From Candidatus Latescibacterota bacterium (GTDB lineage: Bacteria; Latescibacterota; UBA2968; GCA-2709665), in the NCBI GenBank assembly GCA_965116875.1, contig OZ220733.1:3616001-3680000 (forward strand): DNA of 64,000 bases. Reading direction: 5' to 3'. Positions 55,841-64,000 of this stretch are shown here, piece by piece (the stretch's first letter is position 1; each line of letters begins with the position of its first letter). Below the pieces are notes generated by a model. The model was given only the letters and a program-made list of their open reading frames with translations, ran no database searches and was not told where the DNA came from. A program made the translations under genes and the position numbers.

Positions 55841-57562
55841 ATGGACAACCGGGAGGTCGCGGATATCCTGGAGGAGATGGCGACGTTGATGGAATTGAAC
55901 GGCGACAGCGGTTTTCGCATTCGCGCGTACGCCAACGCCGCCCGGGCAATCGATTCCCTCCGGGATCCGGTCGCCGCGCTGGCAGCCGGGGGAAAGCTGG
56001 ATTCGGTCCGGGGTATCGGGAAGGGGCTCGCCGGGCGGATCGGCGAACTCGTGGAAACCGGACATCTGCCCGGCCTGGAGGAATTGAAAGCGTCCGTCCC
56101 GGAAGGATTAATGGAAATGACTGAAATACCGGGTCTCGGGGCCAAAAGAGTGCGCGCGATCTACGAAGAACTGGGCATCGTGGACATCGATGCGCTCTCC
56201 AGAGCCTGCGACTCAGGCGATCTTGAGGCGATGAGCGGATTCGGCCGCAAGACCGCCGAACGGATCGCCCACGGCATTCAATACATGCAGAAGCACCGGG
56301 GCCGGTTTCTGTGCGATTACGCAGGCCAGGACGCGGGGGCCGTTCGGGCGTTCCTCGAAGACCGGGCGAACGTGGACCGCGTGGCCGTGGCCGGATCGAT
56401 ACGACGCCGCATGGAAGCGCACAGCGACCTCGATCTCGTGGCAAGTACAGAGGACCCCGATGCGCTGGCCGTGGCATTTACAGGCTATGGAGAAGTGGCC
56501 GAAGTTGTCGAAACCGGGGAATCGCGGGTGAGCGTGATACTGAAGTCGGGCATGCGCGCGAATCTGTGGATGGTGGAGGAGCCGGCGTTCCCGACGGCAC
56601 TGCATTGCGCTACGGGAAACGAGGCGCACGTTGCGCAGATGTACGACAGAGCGTCCGAATTGGGACTGAAGCTGGACGAGCGCGGTCTCTTCGATGGCGA
56701 ACGTCGAATCCCATGTGGAGACGAGTCCGCGTTATACAAAGCGCTGGGACTGTCTGAAATCCCGCCGGAACTGCGCGAGGGTGCCGGCGAAGTCCGGTTG
56801 GCCGGGACCGGGGGGCTCCCGAAGCTGGTGTCGCGCGCGGACCTGCGAGGTACGCTTCACGTGCATACCCGGCACAGCGACGGCCGGGCGGAGCTGAGGG
56901 AGATGGCGAAGGCGGCGGCCGGTCTGGGATATGAATACATAGGGATATGCGACCACAGCAAGGCTGCGGCCTATGCGAACGGCCTGACCGAGGACAGGGT
57001 CCGCGCCCAGTGGGAGGAGATCGACAGCGTACACGATGAACTCGACGACATCCGGGTGTTGAAGGGCATCGAAGTGGATATTCTGGGCGATGGACGGCTG
57101 GACTTCGAGGACGAATTCCTGTCGGAGTTCGAAGTCGTCGTGGCGTCGGTGCATTCCAGGTTCGGCATGACCGAGGTCGAGGCGACTGAGCGGATCGTGC
57201 GCGCGGTTCAGAATCCTCACGTACACATCCTGGGACATCCCACGGGGCGATTGTTGCTTTCGCGAGAGGGTTATCCGCTGGACCACCGTGCGGTAATCGA
57301 CGCCGCGGCCGAGGCCAATACCGCCATCGAGCTGAATGCCAATCCACGCCGGCTGGACATGGACTGGCGGCATATCGGATACGCACGGGAAAAGGGCGTG
57401 AAGATTTCCATCAATACCGATGCACACAGCATCAAGGGACTGGAGCAGATGGATTATGGTCTGGGCGTCGGTCGGAAGGGCGGACTGACGGCCGAGGACG
57501 TCCTGAATGCGATGTCCCTCGATGAATTCCAGTCATGGTGCACGGAATCTGAAGATGCTTGA
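55841..57562 (+). CDS. polX: DNA polymerase X / PHP 3'-5' exonuclease (non-canonical PolX)
   Basis: MDNREVA..FRIRAY, HhH motifs, GSIRR..DLD, IPPELRE, PHP motifs HVHT..SDG, DHS, GIEVDI, HPTGR, NTDAH. Confidence 0.93.
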   Translation: MDNREVADILEEMATLMELNGDSGFRIRAYANAARAIDSLRDPVAALAAGGKLDSVRGIGKGLAGRIGELVETGHLPGLEELKASVPEGLMEMTEIPGLGAKRVRAIYEELGIVDIDALSRACDSGDLEAMSGFGRKTAERIAHGIQYMQKHRGRFLCDYAGQDAGAVRAFLEDRANVDRVAVAGSIRRRMEAHSDLDLVASTEDPDALAVAFTGYGEVAEVVETGESRVSVILKSGMRANLWMVEEPAFPTALHCATGNEAHVAQMYDRASELGLKLDERGLFDGERRIPCGDESALYKALGLSEIPPELREGAGEVRLAGTGGLPKLVSRADLRGTLHVHTRHSDGRAELREMAKAAAGLGYEYIGICDHSKAAAYANGLTEDRVRAQWEEIDSVHDELDDIRVLKGIEVDILGDGRLDFEDEFLSEFEVVVASVHSRFGMTEVEATERIVRAVQNPHVHILGHPTGRLLLSREGYPLDHRAVIDAAAEANTAIELNANPRRLDMDWRHIGYAREKGVKISINTDAHSIKGLEQMDYGLGVGRKGGLTAEDVLNAMSLDEFQSWCTESEDA

Positions 57563-57697
57563 AACATGGATGGACAGGATGAACAGGATAGAGGCCACAG
57601 ACACTGAATGCGGTTCTGTGCCTTGCCTTGGTTGAGTGATTCTGAGATTTTTTCTGCATTTCGGTTTTCATCCTGCCCATCCTGTGTATCCATGTTT
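57562..57697. repeat. Palindromic element with 9-bp internal periodicity
   Basis: Arms AAACATGGATGGACAGGATGAACAGGAT / ATCCTGCCCATCCTGTGTATCCATGTTT (24/28 complementary). Confidence 0.75.
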
Positions 57698-57754
57698 GAT
57701 GATGTTCGCAGCCATTCGGATATAGTCCTCAACTGCAACAGACCTGGAGATCGC

Positions 57755-58486
57755 GTGACACGCGAAGAGATTTACGAAACGGTTCAATCTCTGGCCGTTG
57801 AAAAGGACCTCTACGCCGCGAGCGAGTTCGTACTCGGACTCTGGGAAGAGACCGACGTGGCAAAGGTTTTTGAAGACCTCATGCTCGATTGTTATTGGAA
57901 GGCAAAGTCCACGGAGCATGTGATCCACTTCGCAAACGCGGGCATCCATTATTGTCTCACACACGCGTGTGAATACGATAAGGACGACGATTCCGCGAGA
58001 GAGCTTCGGTTCGCCGCCAAGAGGATGGCCACCAACGCCGCGTCGTTCACGTGGATCGGCTGGGAGGAACCGGGCGTGGCGATTTCGCCCGAGCAGATGC
58101 GCCAGGGTCTCGCCTGCGCACGGTACGCCGTCCGGCAACTCCATGAACTGGACCCGACGGACGCGCAACTCGCCTTTACGTACTGGTATCTCGGCGTGCA
58201 TCTCATGGCGGATGGGTCGTACGCGGAGGCGCTGTCGATATTTGAAGCGGCCAGAGACTACAGCGCGTCGGATGGCAGGAACCTGGATAACCGGACCATG
58301 CACGAAGGCTACATCGGGCTGACGAAGATCCTCTCGGGCGACACCAAAGCCGGCGAATCGGAGTTCGACGCATCCATCGCCGCGCTGAAATCCCGCGATA
58401 GCGAAGATGCCGCGTTCTTCGTGAAGCAACTCGTGGGCGGACGGGCGTTTTTCGAGAATCGCAAGGCGGCAGACGCGGAGCGATAA
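57755..58486 (+). CDS. Hypothetical alpha-helical (TPR-like) protein
   Basis: GGAG SD before GTG; NAASFTWIGWEEPG; AFTYWYLG.......YAEAL..F. Confidence 0.7.
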   Translation: MTREEIYETVQSLAVEKDLYAASEFVLGLWEETDVAKVFEDLMLDCYWKAKSTEHVIHFANAGIHYCLTHACEYDKDDDSARELRFAAKRMATNAASFTWIGWEEPGVAISPEQMRQGLACARYAVRQLHELDPTDAQLAFTYWYLGVHLMADGSYAEALSIFEAARDYSASDGRNLDNRTMHEGYIGLTKILSGDTKAGESEFDASIAALKSRDSEDAAFFVKQLVGGRAFFENRKAADAER

Positions 58487-58679
58487 CGGTCACCTCACCC
58501 ATCTGCTGCACCTTGAGGCATATCTCACACGAAGCCACGAAGGCACAAAGACACAGAGGGAAAGCCGAAAACCGTTAACTGTTGCATTTTGCGACACTTG
58601 TCTCATACCGTCGCGTAAGGTTGGTTATCACAAGGAGCAGCCTTTCGTCCACACCATTGACCCCGCAGCCGGAGCCGCT

Positions 58680-58772
58680 CCCTGAGCCTGTCGAAGGGTC
58701 GGCGAAGGTTGAAGAAGCACCGAAACACGAGCGTTTCGACATTTCGACAAGCTCAATGCAGGCATGCTCAGC
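58680..58772. repeat. REP-like palindrome
   Basis: CCCTGAGCCTGTCGAAGGG with inverted partner TTCGACAAGCTCA. Confidence 0.6.
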
Positions 58773-58941
58773 GTCGACGGTTGGGCAAGTACCGATCCGC
58801 AGTAGCAAGTGCAATAGTTGACAACGATTCACTTCTTCTGGCAATAGGTGGAAAGACGTAAGGATACCACGCTGCACCCCGGCTGCCAGGCGCTGCGGCT
58901 TGAGTTCATCCGCTGTATTTGCCCGACTTGTAGAAAAGCAA

Positions 58942-58970
58942 TTGCACAGGTTTGGCAGGTTTGATATATT
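58942..58970 (+). promoter_or_regulatory. Putative promoter of hicBA
   Basis: TTGCAC, 17 nt, TATATT with extended -10 TG. Confidence 0.55.
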
Positions 58971-59062
58971 CGCTATCGGGCCCCGATACAGTCAGTAGCG
59001 CCCGCCCCGCTTCTTTATTATCGTGGATCTTGGTGCGACGGATGATTCTCCAGGAGGATCCA

Positions 59063-59248
59063 ATGGCTGCGAGAAATTTAACCGCGGTGATTACAAAAGA
59101 GGATGATTTGTACGTTGCCGATTGTCCGGCATTGGGTACGGTAAGCCAGGGTACTTCCCCAAAGGAAGCATTGGAAAACCTCAAGGAAGCCACGACACTT
59201 TACCTTGAAGAAACCGGTGCTACGGTGACGGAGTTCAAGATTGCCTAA
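59063..59248 (+). CDS. hicB: HicB-family antitoxin (short, no DNA-binding domain)
   Basis: AGGAGG SD; YVADCPALGTVSQGTSPKEALENLKEATTLYLE. Confidence 0.9.
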   Translation: MAARNLTAVITKEDDLYVADCPALGTVSQGTSPKEALENLKEATTLYLEETGATVTEFKIA

Positions 59249-59471
59249 ATTGCCATCGAACAAGTCCGGCAACGACGTAATAGCAGCACTGGAAAAACTC
59301 GGATTCAGTTTTGTGAGGCAAAGTGGCAGCCATGTTGTTCCAAAGCGACTCGATCCGATCAAAAGCAGAGTAGCTGTTGTTCCTGCTCACAAACGACTGA
59401 CGCGCGGCACCATTAGCGGTATTCTCAAACAGGCGGGTATTGATCGGGACGATTTTCTAAGTGTCATATAA
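59241..59471 (+). CDS. hicA: HicA-family mRNA interferase toxin
   Basis: MPKLP, LEKLGF.FVRQSGSH, VVPAH..L.RGT..GILKQAG. Confidence 0.9.
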   Translation: MPKLPSNKSGNDVIAALEKLGFSFVRQSGSHVVPKRLDPIKSRVAVVPAHKRLTRGTISGILKQAGIDRDDFLSVI

Positions 59472-59492
59472 ACATTGAAAAACGCTGCACGC

Positions 59493-59523
59493 GAGGGTTT
59501 GTCGGTTAGAGCGACAAGCCCTC
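59493..59523 (+). terminator. Hairpin after hicA
   Basis: GAGGGTTTGTCG-loop-CGACAAGCCCTC with weak T tail. Confidence 0.5.
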
Positions 59524-59772
59524 TTATGCATAAAGCCCATATCGCCAGAGAATTGGCGGCGAATTCACAACCTGCGAGCGTACTTTTTGCTTTAATTGAC
59601 ACTGTATTGCTGAGACATTGGAATAAGTTGGGATCAGTCTTGAGAGACAGTTGTCCGCATGGTTTCTTGAGGTCAACCCCTTATGACCAACAAATGGAGC
59701 GTGGAAGCCGCTGGAGCATTGCTTGAAGCACTCTACCAGCCGCACTGTCAATTCTAGAGTCGACTGCATCCT

Positions 59773-61326
59773 ATGAACGTCAAGGACCGTCTGCTGTTGA
59801 CCGGGCGCAATCTCCTCGGCAGTCTGTCGCGCGACGACGGCTACCTGCCGTACTGGCACATGGCCGTCGACGGCGAGTTGCGCGCCATGTACCAGTTTCG
59901 GCCGCGCTGCACCGGCCACAACGTCGGCCGCTGGTGGAACGCGATGCTGCGGCTCGAGCGCGCCGCCGGTTTCGAGATCCCCGTGGAGATGGAAGCGGCG
60001 ATGCTGGAGAACAGCCGGCGTCTGTCCGACAACGCCAGCGGCATCTTCCTCGAGGACGTCGACCCCAGGGACCCCGCGACCTGGTACATCCATTCCTACC
60101 GCGAAAGCATGCTGTCATTCGGACTGCTTGTCGAATGTCGCGGCAGTGAACGCGCCGCGGAGTGGGGCCAACGGGCGATCGAGGGGATGAGCTGCGCCAG
60201 CCGGGACCTGACGAAGTGGAGGTTCTCGTTCGACGGCGGACCTGAGCGGGCAAAGCACGGCAACAGCGCCGCCCCGGCGTACACCCACGGCCGCGCCATC
60301 GAGGGTCTGCTCTGTTTCCACGCGGCCACCGGCGCGCCGGCCGCCCTCGAGGAAGCGGAGCGCCTGGCCGAGTTCCACTTCGGATACGTGCTGAACGCGG
60401 ACGGCAGCCTCGCCGGGGGCAGCGGCCATCACACCCACTCGTACCTCAACACCCTCCGCGGCCTGCTGATGCTGGCCGTACTCCAGGGTTCCCGCGAACG
60501 CCAGGAGCGGATATACAAGACCTACCGGGATGCCGTATCCGGGATGATCACCCGCTCGGGGTTCGTCACCCACGACATCGGCAACCGGTACGGCGGCGAC
60601 ATCGCCTCGGCCGGGGACATCGCCCACGTCGCCCTGTTGCTGTGGGACCTGTTCGCCGACCCCGGACTGCTCGACGATGCCGAGCGCATTGCACGGACCC
60701 GGCTGTTTCCGGCGCAGGTGCGGGAACCGGTACCGATCCGGCCTGCCGTAGCGGATGACCCCCGCGACTGTTACCGCGACCTTCCCAACCGTTTCGTGGG
60801 TACCATCGGCGGCTCCGTAGGCCACGTCAGCGGTCAGACCTGCGTCACCGATTTCACCGCCGCCACCCTGCACAGCCTGATCGAGCTCTGGACACGGACC
60901 GTTGACGTGGAGGAAGAAATCGTCCGCGTGAACTTCCACTTCAACCGCGAAGTGCCGGGTGTGGGGGTGAGGGCGGAGCGCGATGAAAACGGGGGGCGGG
61001 TCATCGTGGTCAACCGAACCGGAAAGGAGCTGCGCCTGCGCTTCCCGGGCTGGGCTGATGAGTGTACCTGCTCGGTGACCGTCGACGGACGGCCTGTCGA
61101 GACAACGGTGGAGAACGGGTTCGTGGTGGTGGCGCAGGGTGAAGTGGCAACGACCACCGAATTGCGTTTCGCTGTTCCCGAGTACGAGGAGGAGGAGTTG
61201 TCGCGGGACCCGTCCGCCGAAGAAGAGACGGTGACCTTTCGCTGGCGCGGAGACGAGATCACCGGCGTCAGCGGCGGCGGGGCCTACATGGCGCCGCGTC
61301 CGGCAATCTGCCATTCGCTGCTGTAG
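59773..61326 (+). CDS. Hypothetical protein, possibly GH127/GH146-like (alpha/alpha)6 barrel plus beta-sandwich
   Basis: 517-aa ORF with host-like GC3; GRWWNA, HTHS..TLRG, C-terminal LRLRFPGWA..VTVDG. Confidence 0.5.
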   Translation: MNVKDRLLLTGRNLLGSLSRDDGYLPYWHMAVDGELRAMYQFRPRCTGHNVGRWWNAMLRLERAAGFEIPVEMEAAMLENSRRLSDNASGIFLEDVDPRDPATWYIHSYRESMLSFGLLVECRGSERAAEWGQRAIEGMSCASRDLTKWRFSFDGGPERAKHGNSAAPAYTHGRAIEGLLCFHAATGAPAALEEAERLAEFHFGYVLNADGSLAGGSGHHTHSYLNTLRGLLMLAVLQGSRERQERIYKTYRDAVSGMITRSGFVTHDIGNRYGGDIASAGDIAHVALLLWDLFADPGLLDDAERIARTRLFPAQVREPVPIRPAVADDPRDCYRDLPNRFVGTIGGSVGHVSGQTCVTDFTAATLHSLIELWTRTVDVEEEIVRVNFHFNREVPGVGVRAERDENGGRVIVVNRTGKELRLRFPGWADECTCSVTVDGRPVETTVENGFVVVAQGEVATTTELRFAVPEYEEEELSRDPSAEEETVTFRWRGDEITGVSGGGAYMAPRPAICHSLL

Positions 61327-61545
61327 GGTGGTTGACGGGGGCCTGGCGCCGCCTTCCGGGTTAGCGAGTCCGATAGTGGGTTGATCGGCAGGCGGAAGAG
61401 GTGTCCCGAAGCCAACGTCTCTCACGTATCAGGCGCAGGCCACGATGCGTGGAGGATCCGGATCGGCTGGAGGGCGGTCGCGGGTGAATTGTGGACGGAT
61501 GAACCAGATTCGAGCCTTCGCGACGTCTGATATCGGGGATCATTC

Positions 61546-61620
61546 ATGGTTCCGAATCTGAGCAGAAAAGTCGCACTTGTGACGGGCGGAAACCGCGGGA
61601 TCGGTCGTTTCGTCGTGTAA
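61546..61620 (+). pseudogene. Truncated SDR oxidoreductase 5' stub
   Basis: MVPNLSRKVALVTGGNRGIGRFVV* (TGxxxGIG motif), then an AT-richer tract begins. Confidence 0.7.
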
Positions 61621-61970
61621 TCGGCCGGAATTTCAGCATCGAGAACGGTGCTGCGGTATTTTCGAAAGGAGTAGGGGAACGAGATGCCGACACGAAGGAA
61701 AAGACATTATGGTTGACAAGAGGCAGGATTTATTTCTTCTTTTTGCGTATGCTGGTTTTTCAGAACAATGCACGGGATATGATTCAGGAGGTAATCGATT
61801 TGAAGGAGAGACGTTAAGAAGGAGGTTCGGGCTGCTATTTGAGGGCCTCCCCGGAAAAAGGTTGCTGAAAACATGCCTGAATCGCCGTGAGAAAAAGCAA
61901 GACATTTTTTCGTGAAGCGGGGCGTGGTTGGAGTAGCCAGTTGTTCCTTTTTCTAGCATAGGAGGGCACT

Positions 61971-62216
61971 ATGGGCTTTGCATCAACAGTCGTAACAACA
62001 GCCCACAGGCTGATTGATATAATTGCCCCGGGTAATCCTGCGAAGGACGTCGAAGACGAGACAGTGACGGATCATCCCATTGACGACGTTGACGAAGCCC
62101 TCTGTGATATAGCCAATGCTGACGAGAGGGCTGGTCGTGGTGAGGTTATGTCGGATTCAGAAATGGCGAGATACTTTCCCAATAGCGCTCGCCGGCGCCG
62201 GGAGAGACGTCGTTGA
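61971..62216 (+). CDS. Putative acidic antitoxin
   Basis: AGGAGG SD; acidic 81 aa; ADERAGRGEVMS pattern; TTGA overlap with the toxin. Confidence 0.65.
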   Translation: MGFASTVVTTAHRLIDIIAPGNPAKDVEDETVTDHPIDDVDEALCDIANADERAGRGEVMSDSEMARYFPNSARRRRERRR

Positions 62217-62581
62217 GTAAAAGGAAGAAAAAGAGGACTGGGAGACGAAAACCTGCCGGCAAGAGAAAACCTGTTGGTGAGAGATCCAGGAAACGTATTC
62301 TGGTAGTGAAAAAGAGAGTTGGAAAAGATCTGGAGAATATTCCCGTAGAACGCAGGGCGGCACTTCAGGAAAAGATTGACGATCTGCAGGACAATGCCTT
62401 TCCGCGAGGGGCAAAGAAAGTAAAAGACGAGAAGAACCTTGAAGGTCTTCCATATTACCGTATCCGCAGTGGTGACTGGCGAGTCGTTTATACTGTCGAC
62501 GTTGAGGAGGTAACGGTTTACATTGCAGGACACCGATCATCTGTTTACGGCTATCTGTCAGAGGCAAGAGACCTACCCTGA
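62213..62581 (+). CDS. relE: RelE/ParE-family toxin with basic N-terminal extension
   Basis: KDL..I, L.DN..PRGAKK, YRIRSGDWRVVY, GHRSSVY. Confidence 0.85.
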   Translation: MSKRKKKRTGRRKPAGKRKPVGERSRKRILVVKKRVGKDLENIPVERRAALQEKIDDLQDNAFPRGAKKVKDEKNLEGLPYYRIRSGDWRVVYTVDVEEVTVYIAGHRSSVYGYLSEARDLP

Positions 62582-62782
62582 CGCCGCTCTGAGTCGCCCG
62601 CAAGTGACCTCATGTCGAAACAATCCGACTGTCTTTTTAGATGAGCTACTCCAGGAAAACTGGCAAGAGCCCTGGCGAGAGCCGCCCTGGAAAGTCGCAA
62701 GCAAGCGCAGAGAGTAAACAACGGTGATACACCGGATGAAACCCAAAGCTTCAGATCTAACCCACGGCTCCTGAGAAGAAAT

Positions 62783-62817
62783 GAGAAACGCCCGGGGATT
62801 CCCCGGGCGTTTCTCTT
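62783..62817. terminator. Intrinsic terminator
   Basis: Perfect 15-bp stem GAGAAACGCCCGGGG-ATT-CCCCGGGCGTTTCTC. Confidence 0.8.
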
Positions 62818-62879
62818 GGGATCTCAGTATCTTTCAAGTCAAATGCAAAAGTCCACCCTGAAAGGAATAGCTCAACGAG

Positions 62880-64000
62880 ATGGCTTCACGAATGGAAACG
62901 ACCAGTCCGGAAGAGCCTGTTGATCCCTTTTCTGAACTGACGTGGGACGATCTGGAGGAATGGGCCGGCAGTCGCATTGTCGCCCGGGGTCGGTCCTATC
63001 GGAGAAAAGGGGCTGTTCGGGAATTGCAGCGCGACGAAGAAGAGGACGCGCTGGTCGCCTCGGTTGTGGGCAGTCGCCTCTACGCCGTAAGGGTGCGCAT
63101 CGACGGAAGCAAGGACCTGATATCCGAATGCACCTGTCCCTACCGGACAACGTGCAAGCACGCCGTTGCCGTCGTGGTGGAATACCTGGAGATGGTCAAG
63201 ACCCGAACCGCCGTCGGTCGCGTTGAGGCTGACGACCCGCGCCTCGAGGAGTTGGACGCAATCACGCAAGATGACGACGAGAAACTGGAATTTTACGTGG
63301 AAGAGGACCTGGAAGAAGAGCCGCAGGAATCTGACGTGAATGAACCTGACGAGGAGTCTGCCGAGACACTTTCGGAAAGTTCCGGAACCGGTCAATCCGG
63401 AGACGCTTCCTTGCGCGCCTACATGCAAGAGCATACCAAAGCCGAACTCGTAGAACTGCTGTTGGAACTCGCCGAAACGCACGACGAAGTGCGCCAGTCG
63501 CTCGAAAACCGCCGCAACCTGACCTCGGGGGAGACCCGCAGGGTGCTGAAGAGCATCCGCTCCGAGATCGCTACGCTGGAGGAACCCGCATGGGAAAGCC
63601 ACCATTACGGGTACCGCAATACGGATCGCCTCAAGGCAATGCTTCAGGCGCTGGTGGCGTCCGGACAGGCTCACGCCGCCGTGCGGCTGGGACCGGAACT
63701 TCTGGCCGCGGGCACCCAGGCGCTGGAGTACGAGCATGAAGGAGAGTCAACCGGAGCGATCAGCGATTGCCTCGACGTTCTTTTTTTGGCCCTCGACAGA
63801 ACGTCCATGCCGCCCGCGGACCGTATTGAATGGGTCCTGGACATGGCCCTTGCAGACGAGTATGAACTTTGCTGCGAAGGACTCGAAAATCTCTGGGAGG
63901 GAGACTATGCGGAAAGCGATTGGTCGGAGGTGTGCGACCGCCTGGCGCGGCGCCTCGACAATCAAGAGCAAACTCCCGGAGATGATGAGTTATCGCGCGA
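62880..64000 (+). CDS. SWIM zinc-finger protein (3' end outside the window)
   Basis: Hand translation: LTWDDLEEWAGSRIVARGRSY...CTCPYRTTCKHAVAV; start 62880 or 62892. Confidence 0.85.
   Translation, partial: MASRMETTSPEEPVDPFSELTWDDLEEWAGSRIVARGRSYRRKGAVRELQRDEEEDALVASVVGSRLYAVRVRIDGSKDLISECTCPYRTTCKHAVAVVVEYLEMVKTRTAVGRVEADDPRLEELDAITQDDDEKLEFYVEEDLEEEPQESDVNEPDEESAETLSESSGTGQSGDASLRAYMQEHTKAELVELLLELAETHDEVRQSLENRRNLTSGETRRVLKSIRSEIATLEEPAWESHHYGYRNTDRLKAMLQALVASGQAHAAVRLGPELLAAGTQALEYEHEGESTGAISDCLDVLFLALDRTSMPPADRIEWVLDMALADEYELCCEGLENLWEGDYAESDWSEVCDRLARRLDNQEQTPGDDELSR

Noticed and set aside
59475-59726. 83-aa ORF after hicA (and 61709-61915, 62523-62717)
   Set aside because: No motifs or clear SD; the first overlaps a hairpin; probably non-coding or decayed
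1-64000. tRNA, rRNA, integrase, transposase or prophage genes
   Set aside because: No cloverleaf or T-loop context, rRNA signature, or recombinase/transposase motifs seen by eye; tRNAscan and HMM searches were not run

Overview
GC-rich bacterial chromosomal window; gene style suggests an uncultured FCB-related lineage such as Latescibacterota or Gemmatimonadota (inference only). It holds mostly housekeeping and catabolic genes: a pyrH-like-purD-purE operon, a YbdK/M20 pair, an M16 peptidase pair, dut-ispH, hflX, a bactofilin, an MFP-RND-TolC pump, mrp, ggt, rarA, a cluster of enolase-superfamily, oxidoreductase and peptidase genes, PolX-PHP, and two toxin-antitoxin modules in AT-richer patches. 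Main points of interest: (1) a lysine riboswitch heading dapA-pckG-dapB plus an oversized transaldolase-fold protein with non-canonical active-site residues; (2) an M28 peptidase-AAC(3) acetyltransferase fusion; (3) three ~160-bp MITE families with unrelated termini that nest in each other and share a GCGTTG-N38-40-CGCCTTG core; (4) a diverged 164-bp tandem non-coding duplication upstream of ispH; (5) a 17-aa PPP-containing uORF and terminator ahead of a stand-alone sigma-region-4 protein; (6) a probably polymerase-dead PolX. I saw no rRNA, tRNA, CRISPR array or transposase gene. All calls are by-eye motif recognition, not database searches.
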